The notes beneath the pieces are model-generated. The model was not told where the DNA came from. It ran no database searches and saw nothing but the letters and a program-made list of their open reading frames with translations. Positions 36,981-49,509 of a stretch of DNA of 64,000 bases are shown here, piece by piece (position 1 is the stretch's first letter; each line of letters begins with the position of its first letter). Source of the stretch: Chara braunii (Eukaryota; Plantae; Charophyceae); contig BFEA01000008.1 in NCBI GenBank assembly GCA_003427395.1, positions 181,204 to 245,203 on the forward strand. Reading direction: 5' to 3'. The translations under genes were made by a program, and so were the position numbers.

Positions 36981-39290
36981 TCGAGAGTGGTGTGAATTGA
37001 TTTTTTTTTATTTTTTATTTTTTTTACAAGAAGACTCGGCTCATTTGATTAGGCACACCAAAAAGAGAGGCCGGGAAAACCTCAACGAACAACCCGGAAT
37101 GAAAAAATAGGACCTTTACCCATCATAGGGAATAGGTGTAGGGGTGAGAAATCCAGCGACAGAAATGGCCAAAACCAGACCTCTGTCCTGATACCCGCTG
37201 AACCTGAAACCGACCCTGAAACTCCAAAGAAAAAGCGCATCAGGCCTGAACAACCTCACAAACCAATAAAAACCACCTAAAATAACCTTACCACAAGGCC
37301 TGAAACCCGCAACAAACCGGAAGAAGAAAGAAAGAGGCTAAACAACTCCTCACGGCCTTAAAGCCTAAGGGAACCATTATCTTCTTACAGAGAGGTTAAT
37401 AACAACTATAACGAAGTGCACTAAAATCGCCTAGAGCGGGGTTGGATTGAAATTCTACTGAATGTGGTTTTGTTTGGCAAAAAAAAAAAAAAAAAGTGAT
37501 GTGGCGATGCCCTTACAGGACCCCCGCGAACCGGATCTTCCAGAACACACAGAAAAAGGGAGACAACCGACACCCTACCCAATGCCGTTGTCGCCCTAGG
37601 AAAAACGAAGGGGAATAAATAAAAAGAGCGGGTGACGGGGGAAAAGTCCGAGCTTGAGAAAGTGAAGGAACTTTAGGGCCTTGCCCACTCACCCGAAAAA
37701 GACAAAATTTGGCGGGCGTATCTTTGCGCCCTCTAGCTGAGGATGCACTCGGGCAGTAGTGTATCGAGGCCCTTAGCCGGTGTGTCAATCCACCCTGAGG
37801 CCACGCAGGCAAACAGGCAGCAAGTCCACTCTAGGCCACCTGGACGGCGATAACCGTCCGTCGGATCATCCCGTGGCCGGGCATCGAACGGCGAACCAAG
37901 CGTTTCAGCCTTTTTTTCCCCGGGCGCCATGTGCTTCCGGCGGGCGAAGACGAAGAAAGAAGAAAAAAAGAAGGCGCCAAGCGGAAACCGTACCGACACG
38001 AAAACGATAGAGTATGGTAGTTTTCCGTAAACCGGGGACGTCAATAGGCGGGCTGAAGAAAAACTGACCCAGCGAAGGCGGGTCAGAAAGACGGGACGGG
38101 GTGCTAAAGCATCCGGGGCCGAAGTGCACGGGACCGGTCGGCGTTTTCCAGCATTCAATCAATTTACTTCCTGCCGAGAGTGGGCCCGATCTTTGTGCCT
38201 ATGACCTCACGTTGCTCTATAGGTCGCCGGCGGGTCGCTGTGTAGCTCCCGCTCACGCACCGCCGCGCCGATGCAGCCTGGGACGGACGTGAGCTCGTAC
38301 TTACCGGGAACCCGGTTGAGCGAACGACGGTTGGACTTCCCCTATCGGGAGATGTAGGTCCAGTTGGAGCTGCGGAGTCGCGGTTTTCCTGCAGAGGACC
38401 CGATGATTTCATACCAGTCAGGACCAGATGCATCCTCGTCGCTCTGACTCAGCGATCTGCATTCGGCTTCTCGTCTCACTGTTTCTTTTTACGTTTTCTG
38501 AGTCAGCTTCCAATAGTGGAAAAGAAGCAAGGGGAAAAAGAAAACTCTCTAACCCAGCCCAGCCCAGCCCAGCCCAGCCCAGCCGTCACACGGCCAAACC
38601 TGAGAGGAACAGTGCAACAATACGAACTGGACAACGGCCGAGAGGTCCCTTACCTGCATTGGCAACAGTAGATGACGAGGATCGACGACGGGAGGAGGAG
38701 AATCCGGGTAAGTGGGATGCCGCCCAACCACATCCAACGAGGCGCGACTCGAAATCCTGTCCTCTGTGAGTTGTCTGTATTCGGTGTGTGCGTGCGTGTT
38801 TCTCTGAGAAGGACACGAACACAGAACTCGAGAGGAAAAGAGTCAGAAAGAAACGCACCCGCGGGACACACATAGCGAGCGAGCGAGCGAGCGAGCGGGA
38901 GTGGGAGAAAGGGGCGCAGTGAGAGAAAACGAGGGTTGGGAGAGGGGGGAGGAGGTTCGAGAAAGAGAATCCTGGGGGCGATCGCTGGCTTGTCAAGTTT
39001 CTGATGCAGGGGAGTCATTCGCCCGGCATGATGAACGATCTGGCGGACACGTGTCGAGGGGCGGCGATTTGGGTGACGTAGCAGTGTGTGGTAGAGCACA
39101 ACATGATCAAGATCTTCCGCACCGCTCCTCTCCTTGCGAGGCTTCTAGCCACGTACTCTGATCATAGGTGCCGAGTCACAAAAGGCTAGATGTCTCTGGT
39201 GACACGTGGGAGAAGTCTGGGATTCGTGTTGATGAGTCGCGGTGTGGAGAAAACGGAGCATTCCTAGCGATCTTCCGCTTTTTGCTCGTG

Positions 39291-39291
<1 letters not shown>

Positions 39292-39355
<64 letters not shown>

Positions 39356-39575
39356 TAGAGAGTCCTCGCTCTATCTGTGTCTCTTTCGCTGTCCTCTCCA
39401 TCTGCTGCCTCCTTTTTGTGACGCAAGTCGATCGCCGAACTTCCTTTCCTAGTGGATATTTTCGACGACCTGTCTGCATGTACATCTGTGTGCGTGCGCG
39501 TGTCTGAGCGCGCGCGGACACACGCGTGAGTGAGACAGAGAGAGCACCGTACACCAGCGAGCGAGCGAGCGAGCG

Positions 39576-39640
<65 letters not shown>
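39292..39640 (+). repeat. (CA)n(GA)n and (GCGA)n(GA)n microsatellites upstream of the large ORF
   Basis: Direct inspection. Confidence 0.9.
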
Positions 39641-39643
<3 letters not shown>

Positions 39644-41423
39644 TCCTTCTCGCTGTCCTCTTTCCCTCTCGTCTCGTGTTTGGTTTCATCTTCTGCGCCT
39701 TATGCAAGATATGGCGCAGTAGCGTATTTGCCCTCCTTCTCTCCTCCTCCTCCTCCTCCTCCTTTCCTCTCTCTTTTCAGCCTTATCTCGGTCAGACTCG
39801 GCGCTTAAATCCACAGTAGTAATCACCGCTAATCTCCTCGGTTGGACAGCCTCTCCTGCTCGCAGGTATCTGGGCTTGTCTTGGATAGAAATCCTTCCGC
39901 TTTTTTCGCTGTGGACGACTCGTTTCCCCCNNNNNNNNNNNNNNNNNNNNNNNNNNNNNNNNNNNNNNNNNNNNNNNNNNNNNNNNNNNNNNNNNNNNNN
40001 NNNNNNNNNNNNNNNNNNNNNNNNNNNNNNNNNNNNNNCCCCCTTACCGTCTTGCGTTTCCGTCTTCGCCTTTCTGTGACTCCAAACCTGGTCCCACCAC
40101 TGGCTATTCTCATCCGTCTTCTTCCGTTCACTCTTTCTACACCATCCGTGCGTCTATGCGGGCTTTTCCTCTGCTCTCTTTTGGAAGCATGCACGCATGC
40201 AGGCTTCTCCCTCCTCCTCTTTTCCGGCCGAGGATTCTGTGCCGCAATGAGAAAGGATTGCCCTTGTGTAGTACGGTCGATCCTTAACACAATAAGGCGG
40301 GCGTGATTGTGACTGGCATGCGAGAGGGAGCAGTGGCTGTCGGTTCCAACCCCCGCTGTCGTCCCACATTTGGCGGGAACACCTAACGATGGCGAGCTGA
40401 AGCTTGTTGTCCGGGCGGCAGGTGCCTGTCCTGGGACCTCAGTAGGATACGCTCTGCAGTGGGTGATCGCATGCCTACGGACATCAGACGCGCTATCAAT
40501 CCACACTCTCCATGCTGGGAGGCCTCTCTGTCGGTCCGCCCTCCCTGCCGACGAGCAGGCATCTCTCTATCCCTCCGCGCATACCAACCTTCCTGCCTCT
40601 CAACCTGTGCATGCGTAGCTCACTATCAACCTTTGCCTCTCTGCTCTCAACCTGTGCATGCGTAGCTCACTATATCAACCTTTGCCTCTCTGCCTGTGCA
40701 CGCGGGTTCTGAGGGCGATGTGCCTAATGTTGAAGTCATTGGTAATGAAGACGACCTGATGAATGAGATGGTGTCCTCTCCTCCGAGCAATGACGATGAA
40801 GATGCAGGCGCTCTCTGGGGCCGACCGGCGGAAAACGGGGGCCTCCGTCGAATGGGCTCGAAATGAACGTGTATGAGCTGAAGAGGTCGTGTGCGTTCTT
40901 TATCCGCCTTCTTGATCTCTCTCCATTGCCGTGAACACGTTTTTTTCCGCAAGCGAGCAGGGATCTGCCGAGAGCGTGTGCTTGTCGGGTGGTGGCTTGG
41001 ATCGGCATGCATTGTCTGAACGCGAGGCGAAGACCGCACGGCGAGGGCTGGTGAAATAGAGATTGGAGCTGCAAAATGAGGGAGGGGTAGAATGAGGGAG
41101 GGGGAGAATATGATTTGATATGTGGTTCAGACCTCGGCGGGGCCGTGCTGTAGGTAGAGTTGCCGTGGCTGCTGCAGTAGCTGTAGCTTCCTTGGTAGGC
41201 CAAACAGCTGCAAGCAACAGCGGGCCCGGCAGCAGCGCGAGGGACGAGAGCAAGAGGAGCTGTAGGAGGAGGAGGAGGAAGAGGAGGAGGAGGAGAAGGG
41301 GAGTGAAGTCGTGTGAATGAGTTTGTGGGATCGAGAAAGGTGAGGAGGCGGGAGGCTTGCGATATACTAGTAGAGTAATGAGTGCGCAGCGGCGAATGAG
41401 GAGGAAGTGATATGGTTACGAAC

Positions 41424-41461
41424 CTGTCTCTTATACACATCTAGATGTGTATAAGAGACAG
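41424..41461. other. Nextera mate-pair junction adapter (assembly contaminant) with artefactual ~130-bp flank duplication
   Basis: Exact CTGTCTCTTATACACATCT+AGATGTGTATAAGAGACAG; 41293-41423 is repeated at 41462-41592. Confidence 0.98.
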
Positions 41462-41600
41462 GAGAAGGGGAGTGAAGTCGTGTGAATGAGTTTGTGGGAT
41501 CGAGAAAGGTGAGGAGGCGGGAGGCTTGCGATATACTAGTAGAGTAATGAGTGCGCAGCGGCGAATGAGGAGGAAGTGATATGGTTACGAACGATGAACG

Positions 41601-44600
41601 ATGAACCCTCCCGAGCCGTCGCAGTATCAGCTTGCTCGTGCATCCCAGCACCTGGCTGCTGGTGGCGTAATCCCGCTGGGCCAGTCTTCTTCCCGGGCGT
41701 CAAATTTCGCCCTGTATCATGGCTCCCCTGCCCTGCCCAGTTTGGGACATGAGGCAACGTATCGATCGCCCGCAGGTGCACAAGGAGCGTTGCCTTCTCC
41801 TCCTCCTCCTCCTCCTCCTCCTGCTGCTGCTGCTACTTCGTCATCGTCTTCTCTTTCTCCTTCGTCTCCTCCTCCCTCTTCTCACATTGCTTCTTCTTCT
41901 TCTTCATCTTCCTGTTCTTCTTTCTCCTCCTCTTCCTCTGTCTCCTCTCCCGTTGCCCCGCACCTTGCGAGCTTATCGCAGGCGATCTCCCCTGTGGAGG
42001 GAGGTGGCTACTACTCTCCCTTCGGAGGACTTACTATGCCGTCCGTCGGGAGCTCTGCTTCCTCGTTCCTTACTTCGTCACCACCCATTTCAATTTCTCA
42101 CCTTCCCCCCTCCCACCACCCGGGGGTAATCGGCGAACACTTGGCACGAAATGCAGGAGTCGCTGCCGAAAATCCATCAGCTGCACAAGAGATTGGTAGA
42201 GCGGGGTTGCTGGATATACTGCGCCGTGGAGATTCTGGAGTGAGGCAGTTGTTAACGACAGAGGAAGGGCAAGATTTTGCTAACGTCGCAGCAGAAGGAG
42301 CTGGAGGAGGAGTAATCGGAGGTGGGGGCGTGACGGAAAAGGATGCTCTAGCACGTCTGGCGATGGCCAAGACGGGTGACAAGGTGGGAGGTTTCTGGGG
42401 CCAAGCGAGCGACGTGGCGATCTCCCCGCCGGTTCCGCCGGTCCCGTCATTGCCGCTCCGAGTGGGCGGGTGTGGTGGTGCGGTGGCCGAGAGAAGGGAG
42501 GTGATTGCTGTGCCCGCGACAGCTGCTTGTGTTGCGGAGAGTCATCTGCAACAGCAAAAGCAATGGCATCAGCTTCGTCCGTTGGTAGGAACCACTGCAG
42601 GTGGGGCAGAGGTCTGGGGAGAAGAGGAGAAAGGGGGAACAAGTATGAGAAGCGGGGCCGCAGCGATGGCTGTGCTACAGCTACAGCACGCGGAGGGGTC
42701 TATTTACTCTCCGCGTCTGGCCTCGGCGCTTTGGACGACGACGACTCTCGGGGCTTCTTTGCCAACTCCCGCTCTCCCTCTGCATCCTCCTCCCTCTCCG
42801 CATCAGACGGCGGCTGCTGCCATTTCACCGGCATCGAAATCGGTCTTCAGCTCCAGCCAGTTCTCGGTCCCCAACCTTCGCGCGACCACGTCTTCAGAGG
42901 GCGGAGGAGGTGGCGGAGGAGGAGGAGGAGGGTTGAATGGGAGATCTGTCCAGCAAGCGGGCCAGGGGCAGCAGTCGAACTCCGAGAGACAGGGAAGAAG
43001 AGCCGGAGGAGCGACGAGAGGTCTAGGGGTCGGTGTTGTAAGAGGAGGAGGGTACCTGGAGTTGGGCAGGTATCACCCGCAGATGCAGTTCGTGAATGGT
43101 ATCTCGACGTCGTCGCCGGCGGCGTCGGATACGCGCGAGACGTTTCAGGGGCAACAAGGTGGGGGAGCAGGATGCGGAAGAACGCAGCAGAGACTATCGC
43201 CGAGCATGACAGCAATGATAGGAAGTACACTGCAAGCTGATCTGCAGTCGCTGCAGCAGCAAGAACAGCAGCAACAACAGGAGCTAAGGGCGCTGCTGCT
43301 ACATAGACAAGAACAGGAGAGGCTAGAGAGAGAAAGAGAGAGGGATTCCGACAGGAGGAAGCTCGCACAGACACGAGTAGTCGAAGGATTTCCATACGGC
43401 TGCAGTTCGCCAGCAGCGGCGGCGGCGGCGGCGGCGGCGGCAGCGGCGCTGGGTTTCGCAGATGTCAAGGGCTCAGCGACGATGCCATCGAAGATGGCGC
43501 AGAATCTGGCGGCCACGGCGAGTACAGCCACCCCGGGAGGAGGGCCTCACAATCCACAAGCTCAGTTCTATGGCAACGGTGTAGAGCTTCTACGGCTTTT
43601 GCAGGGGGGAAGTCCTGCGCTACTGACCTCGTCACCATCTCCGCCTCCTGCTCTTCCGACGCCATCTTCTCGTCCTCTTACCCCTGCACCGCCGTCGACG
43701 GCGAGTGGTTCCCCGTCTCATGCTGTTCGTGGCGGCGGTCTGCAGCAAACGGCGGGAGCAGAGGGAGGGGGGGGGGAGGTGGTTGCAGGGATGATTCAAG
43801 CTCTGGGAGGTGGAGATGCAGCGCCGGGATCTCCATTGCGGCCAGGTTCGGGGAGGGAGTCGTCCGCTCTGACGACGGCGGCCGGAGGGAGTGCAGGACA
43901 GTCGTTGCTTCAAGTAGGAGGGAGGGTTAGCCCCGGTCTCAGCCATAGCCACAGGGTCGGGATAGCTCACGGACCTATCGGACCTCCCCGTCGCTCGGAG
44001 GGGGGGTTTAGCAAAGATGGGTTGGGATCCGGCGGTCGAACAGATGGAGGAGTTGGAGATGCCTTGTCGCTGGGGGAAGGCTCTTCGGCCGCGTCGGACG
44101 ATTTTCTGGGCAGACTGTGGACATCGCCGCTCACACCGAATCCTTCACCGAAATCGGCGGCGGGTTCGTCGCCCGTCAGCCCGTCGACTGGTCGTTCCAG
44201 CGGGAGCAGCGTGGGGTCAACCAGTCCAACGACGCCGGGCACGCGCGGGAGAACTCCCTCCCCCTCCCCTTTGCTAGTTGAAGGTCTCCGGTCCAGCTGG
44301 GGAAGTACCGGCGCGGCAAACGGGGTTACTGCTGGAGGAGGTGGGCTGATTGCTCCGATGGGTGCAGCACTCGGAAGCGGGTTCTGTGTCGGGATGGGGG
44401 GTGGGCTTGTGACCAGCGCAGGTGTAGGAGGGCCGGGATATGGAATGACTCTTGTTTCCTCCGCACTCGGTCCGGGAGGAGGGCCAGCAGCAGCAGCAGC
44501 AGCAGGAGGGGGAGGAGGAGGAGGAGGTGGGAACACTGTTGGAGCCGGGCGTGGAGATGCTCTCGGGGCTATCGGGTTGAGAGGGGGGATAGGCGGGACA

Positions 44601-47600
44601 CTGCCTTCCTCCGCGGCAATGACCAGCCTGATTGGGCAGGGCATGGGGAGCGGGTCAATGGGCCTAGGAGGCGGTAGTGGTCCCAGCGCCCCGACAGCTT
44701 TGGGGGGGGTCGGGGTCGGGGCCGGAGTAGCTGGAGATCTCACGACCGGGGTAGGGCCACCTCTAGGACCGGGCGCATTTGGGTTGGGTGTTGGCATCAC
44801 ACCCGGGTTCTTGCAGGGGTTGGGAGTTGGAGTAGGCGCTGCCAGTTTCATTCCGGCGTCCCTAGGTGTAGGAGCGGCGGGAGCAGCGGCCGCAACAGCA
44901 GGGGTAGCAGGAGTATCAGGAGTAGCAGCAGGAGGAGGCGGCGGCGTTCGCCTAGCTGCAGCATCTCCTTCCCCTCTGCTCTACGCCGGCAACGACCAAC
45001 ATCTTCAGCAGCAGATCCAGGAAGGGGGGATGTTCGCGGGAGAGGCTTTCTTGACTGACCTTGGACTGATCGGTCGACCCGAAGGAGGAGTTGGCGGGGC
45101 ACTGACTGTGGAAGGGGGGGCGCCGACAGGGGGTACGGGTCTGGCAGCCGGAATCGTAAACCGTCTTCGGATGTGTGATCCTGTGGGGACCACAGCCGAC
45201 CCGAGGTTGGCAGCAAAAGAGTTGGAAATCATAGAGAGGGGCCGCATAATCAGTGCGCTGGACGAACGGCTGGCGGCGTTGAATCGCCGACTTGCACTCC
45301 AGTCCCTCTCTCAGGCCGGTCCTCCTTCACAATGCCATCCGCTTGTTCCGTCGTCTTTGGGGAACCAGCAGCAGCTGATGTACCGTCATCACCATGCCCA
45401 GCAGCAGCAGATGTATCTTGGGCATCACCAAGATCAGCACGAGCATCAGCAGGCTATCTTACAACAGATTCTGCAAACGCAGGCACGAGAGCAAAGCACG
45501 CAGGCATTACTGATCCAACAAGCGAGTGCACTGACGGGACGAATGTATGTGAGGGGAGGAGGTGTGAGATGTGGGGAAGGAATGGGGCTGGTTGTCGGTG
45601 GTGTGAGTAGCCACGACGTTAAAGGAGCTGGAGGAGGAGGAGCGGGAAGAGCAGGTGGTGGACTTGGAGGAGGAGGAGGAGTAGGAGGTTCTCATTTAGT
45701 ACGGGACAACAGCAACAGTGGGACGGACAATCTATCTGGAGGCGGGAGCTATGGCGTCGTCGTTGGGGACGCATCCGGGCGGGCCGCCTCGCAAGCCGGA
45801 AGGGAGGTCTCGTCGCGGGGTGGGAGTAATCGACGGGTAGGTGCCCGAGGAGGAGGAGGAGGAGGAGGAGGAGGAGGAGGAGGAGGAGGAGGAGGAGAAT
45901 GGGGAAGAAGAGGTGGAGGAAGATCTGGCAGATTTGGAGGGGATAGCCTCAACCAGTGGGTGCCGGTCGGAGAGAAGTTTCGCGAGAGTGGAGCGAAGGA
46001 AGGGGAGGAGGGACTGACCGCTGCTGTGAGCGAGATGGGGGGGTCTCTTGATAAGGAGGGGGATGCGTGTGGCGGCCTGGAGGAAGGAGGAGGAGACAGA
46101 GGAGGCGGTGGGAACGGGGTCGGCAGGGCTCAAGAGGCAGCACCTGCGCTCAACTTCGCGCGAGTTGATGGGCGGAAGAGGAGGGGAGGAATGCAGGAAT
46201 GGAGATTGAAGCAACCGCAGCCGCAAGTCACCCAGCAGGTGCAACAGCAGCAGCAGTGCCAGAGTACAGGTCAGGTTCAGGTTCAAGCGTCTTCTTCGTC
46301 GGGGTCGATAGCTCAACAGCATCAGGATTTGCAGCTCTCGATGGGTGCTTCTGAGTTTTCTCCCCTTACTGACGCAGAGATCGAGGAACACCGTCAGGCC
46401 AGTGCTACTGACGAGTATTATTCTGATGATAGGGCGAAGGGCGTCTGGGAAAGGGTAGAGGGAAGAGAGGGGAACTCACTGACTGAAGGGAGGATGATGT
46501 TATCAGCTGCCGTATCGGTGGCGGCGGCCGCCGACAGTCATGATGCGACTGTTATTAAGCGTGACCGTCAACCACAATCCCTGTCCGTTGTGAAAAGGCC
46601 GGCTCGACAGGAAGAGAGAAAAGCATGGCAAGAAGTGGGGGAAGAGGAAGAAGACGAAGGACTGAGCACAACCACCGACTTTGGAGAGCGACTGCCGTCG
46701 CCCCGTGATGAAGGAGGTGATCACGTGAGTCACATCGGCAATGACAACAATGACAATGAGAGTAATGACGATGGCTCTCTGGAGGAGTACGGCCAGGAGA
46801 AGGTCACGAACTCGACGAGGGAAGAACGAGCTCAGAAAAGGGAGAGCGGAGTGAGGATCTCCCCCTCCCCTGCCGCCATATCACCGTCTTCGCCTCCGTC
46901 GCCAGCGCCTATCATAACGAGTCGCAGGACGAAGGAACTGGACGTCAGCCAAAATGTCGAGGAGGCTATTGTGATCCCGGAGGGAGGTAGACTTGTCAGA
47001 AGCGTGAGATTCGCCGGCCTAGACGACTCATGGAAGAGAGAGAATTACCGCCTTACGGTGTCTCGTCAACTTCTAGAGCAGCAGGTGCCGAAGATTGACT
47101 CCTCACCTGTCGATCAGTGGAAAGACTCCGATCCAAGACATGCAAGTAACTGGCTGAGCGCTATCAGAGTGAGCCCGTCTTGGACGAAGAGAGGGGAGGA
47201 ACAAGAGGAGGGCAAGAGGAATCCCTTCGCCTCCTACTCTTCCTCCTCTTCCTCCTTCTCCTCCTCCTCCTCCTCGTCTTGCGACACCAGCGAGGGAATC
47301 AGAGATGCAGATCGGAACTCGATGGTGGTGGCGGCGATGGACCGGGGCCAAAACGGCCTCGACGATGGTGATAAGCTGGAGGGTAAGGATGCAAACGCCA
47401 TGAGATTTGCTATTAGTCTACCGACGCATGCTCGGTTTTTGACGATGAGGAACAACAATTGGGGAGCAGGGGGAAACAGCAGCAGCAGCAGCGGCGGCAA
47501 GATCCTAGCAGATGAGCGAAAGGAGGAGGCGGGAGAGAGATCAGAAGAGGCAAGAGACAAGGGCGCTTATCGTCAGGTAGGAGGGGTGGATGGTGTTCTC

Positions 47601-48737
47601 GTGGAAGAAAGGAGACTGGTGGAGACATCCCTGGATCAACACGCCGTTCCTCCATCAATAAGGGAAGTGCAATATGTGCCGGAGTGTCGTGTGGAGTGCA
47701 GAGAGTTGTGTCCTCCTTCCAACTACAACGACCTATTGCGGAGAGGGGGGTGGTTTTTTGTCCCACCATTTCCTGCAACAACTACGGTAACCGGTGTTAA
47801 CGACCTCTCCGGCAAATGCTTCTTCTTCGAGGAGCGAGAGCATGTGGAAAAGGCCTACAATTCCCGCCTCTCCGGCAAATGCGGCCTCGTAGAGGACCGA
47901 GAGCAGGTGGAAAAAAAGGACTACAATACCACCCAGCGGGGGCGGCGGTCGTACCGGTCTTTGCTTTCCACTGACAGCCGGGCGCGTGAGAACCAGATGA
48001 GAGACTTTCTCCATCGCTTGGTCTCGATTGCTAACCGCAGCTGGCCGGGAGTTGTACTATGGCTGCATGGATCTTCGTCACAACGTGCGGCGTCGAGCAC
48101 GTGTCGTAGCGATCTGAACGTGCGTGTATGGGTCGGGATCGGTGGAGGAGGAGGCGGGAGAAAGGTCAGGCCGGATCTGTGTGCCCGACGTCAAAGCGAA
48201 GTGAGAGATTTCCTCATCGGGATGGAAGGAGGAGGAGAGTTTGAGAGAGGGGGAGGAGGAGGAGGAGGACGACGACGACGAAGAAAAGGAAAAGGAGGGA
48301 ACACTCGAACGACGGTGCTGCAGCTGGCTATGGCCGCAACACTGCGACGGAGCAGGATGCGCTTCGTGCAGACTCTGAGGCATGCACGAGGGGCAGTCGT
48401 CAAATTTACAGATCGGTTCAGCCCGATCTCTTGCGAAATGTATATCCGTAACACAATGCCGATGGCCAAGACTTCCAAGTTTGTGCACGATGACGAGAAG
48501 AGGGGCTACCGGCTGATTGACAAACGGATCGCCTCTCTCGAGATAGATTTGGGCAGAGTGCCCTGGCATCCACGAGTCTTATCCAGTGAGCCTCACCAGA
48601 AACAAGTAGGTGACCACACCCTCAGCTTGGGCCTCCACTCCACCTCTTCCTCTTTTTCCCCTTATATTCCTCTTATTCCTCCCTCTCTTAATCTTCCTCC
48701 ATCTGTTCTATGCCTGACCCCTCCCCCCGACCCCGCC

Positions 48738-48781
<44 letters not shown>

Positions 48782-49043
48782 AGTCTACCCACTTGGCTTG
48801 CATCCTTGTCCCTCGTCGGTTTCTATTTCAGCTCTCTTCCCCCCCCCCTCCTCCTCGCCGTCTTCTGTCTTCTCCTCTTCCCCCTGCAGGCCGACCACTT
48901 TGTTTGTTGCTTTCTCTTCGTCTCCCTTTCTCCGTTTCCACTCAGTTTTTTCTCAGCCGCTCTGTTTCTTTGAACGTCCCTCCACTCGGCACGAAAGCTT
49001 TTCTCTGTTTGGTGTCTCTTTCTTCCGCGTCCAATCGTTATAA
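41601..49043 (+). CDS. Giant low-complexity protein with a degenerate C-terminal URT1/Cid1-like nucleotidyltransferase domain; true 3' end probably spliced
   Basis: 7.4-kb uninterrupted ORF. SWPGVVLWLHGS..SDLNV..VQTLRHARGAVVKFTDRFSPISCEMYIRN resembles URT1-type WP.[42 protein letters not shown]. After ~48606 (GTAGGT) the sequence is pyrimidine/poly-C rich and intron-like. Confidence 0.65.
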
Positions 49044-49439
49044 TAGGCGTTTGTTTCTGAACAGGAAATTGCAATGCGGGCAAACACACACGTCCCACTC
49101 TGCTGCTGGAGGATACAATGCCAATACCCATGCCAATCCTTCACAATGGAGGGCTCCTATGAAAATCCTGCAAATGACCCATGACCACAGACTGTTAATG
49201 TGTAATCCTTCTGGACAGATCGGCAACTCGTTGAGGTACGTATGGAGGGTTGACTTCAAAAACCCGGGAAGGAAGACAAAACTCAGTAGAAAATATATAT
49301 AACTAGCGAAATCGAAGGGAAACGAAGAGCAAAGGAGTTACCAAGCAGAACTGAAGGAGAGCAGAACGAAGTATTAGATAACAATCGCAATTGAAAGAAA
49401 ATGAAACAGACATAGATAACAAGCAAAAAAATTGAGGAT

Positions 49440-49509
49440 ATACCTTTCTTGGCCTTTTGGCTAAGTAAGATCAAGTGTCGTATCTGTTCTGATCAGTTTA
49501 ATATATCTG
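49440..49509 (+). pseudogene. U2 snRNA 5' fragment pseudogene
   Basis: ATACCTTTCTTGGCCTTTTGGCTAAG[TAAG]ATCAAGTGTCGTATCTGTTCTGATCAGTTTAATA[TA]TCTG matches the plant U2 5' end, followed by an A-rich tract. Confidence 0.88.

Noticed and set aside
41424-41461. Genuine Tn5 ends or horizontal transfer
   Set aside because: Exact synthetic mosaic-end junction adapter.
48607-49043. Pro/Ser/Phe-rich C-terminus of the 2480-aa ORF as real protein
   Set aside because: It follows a GTAGGT donor-like site and is poly-pyrimidine, so it is probably intron.
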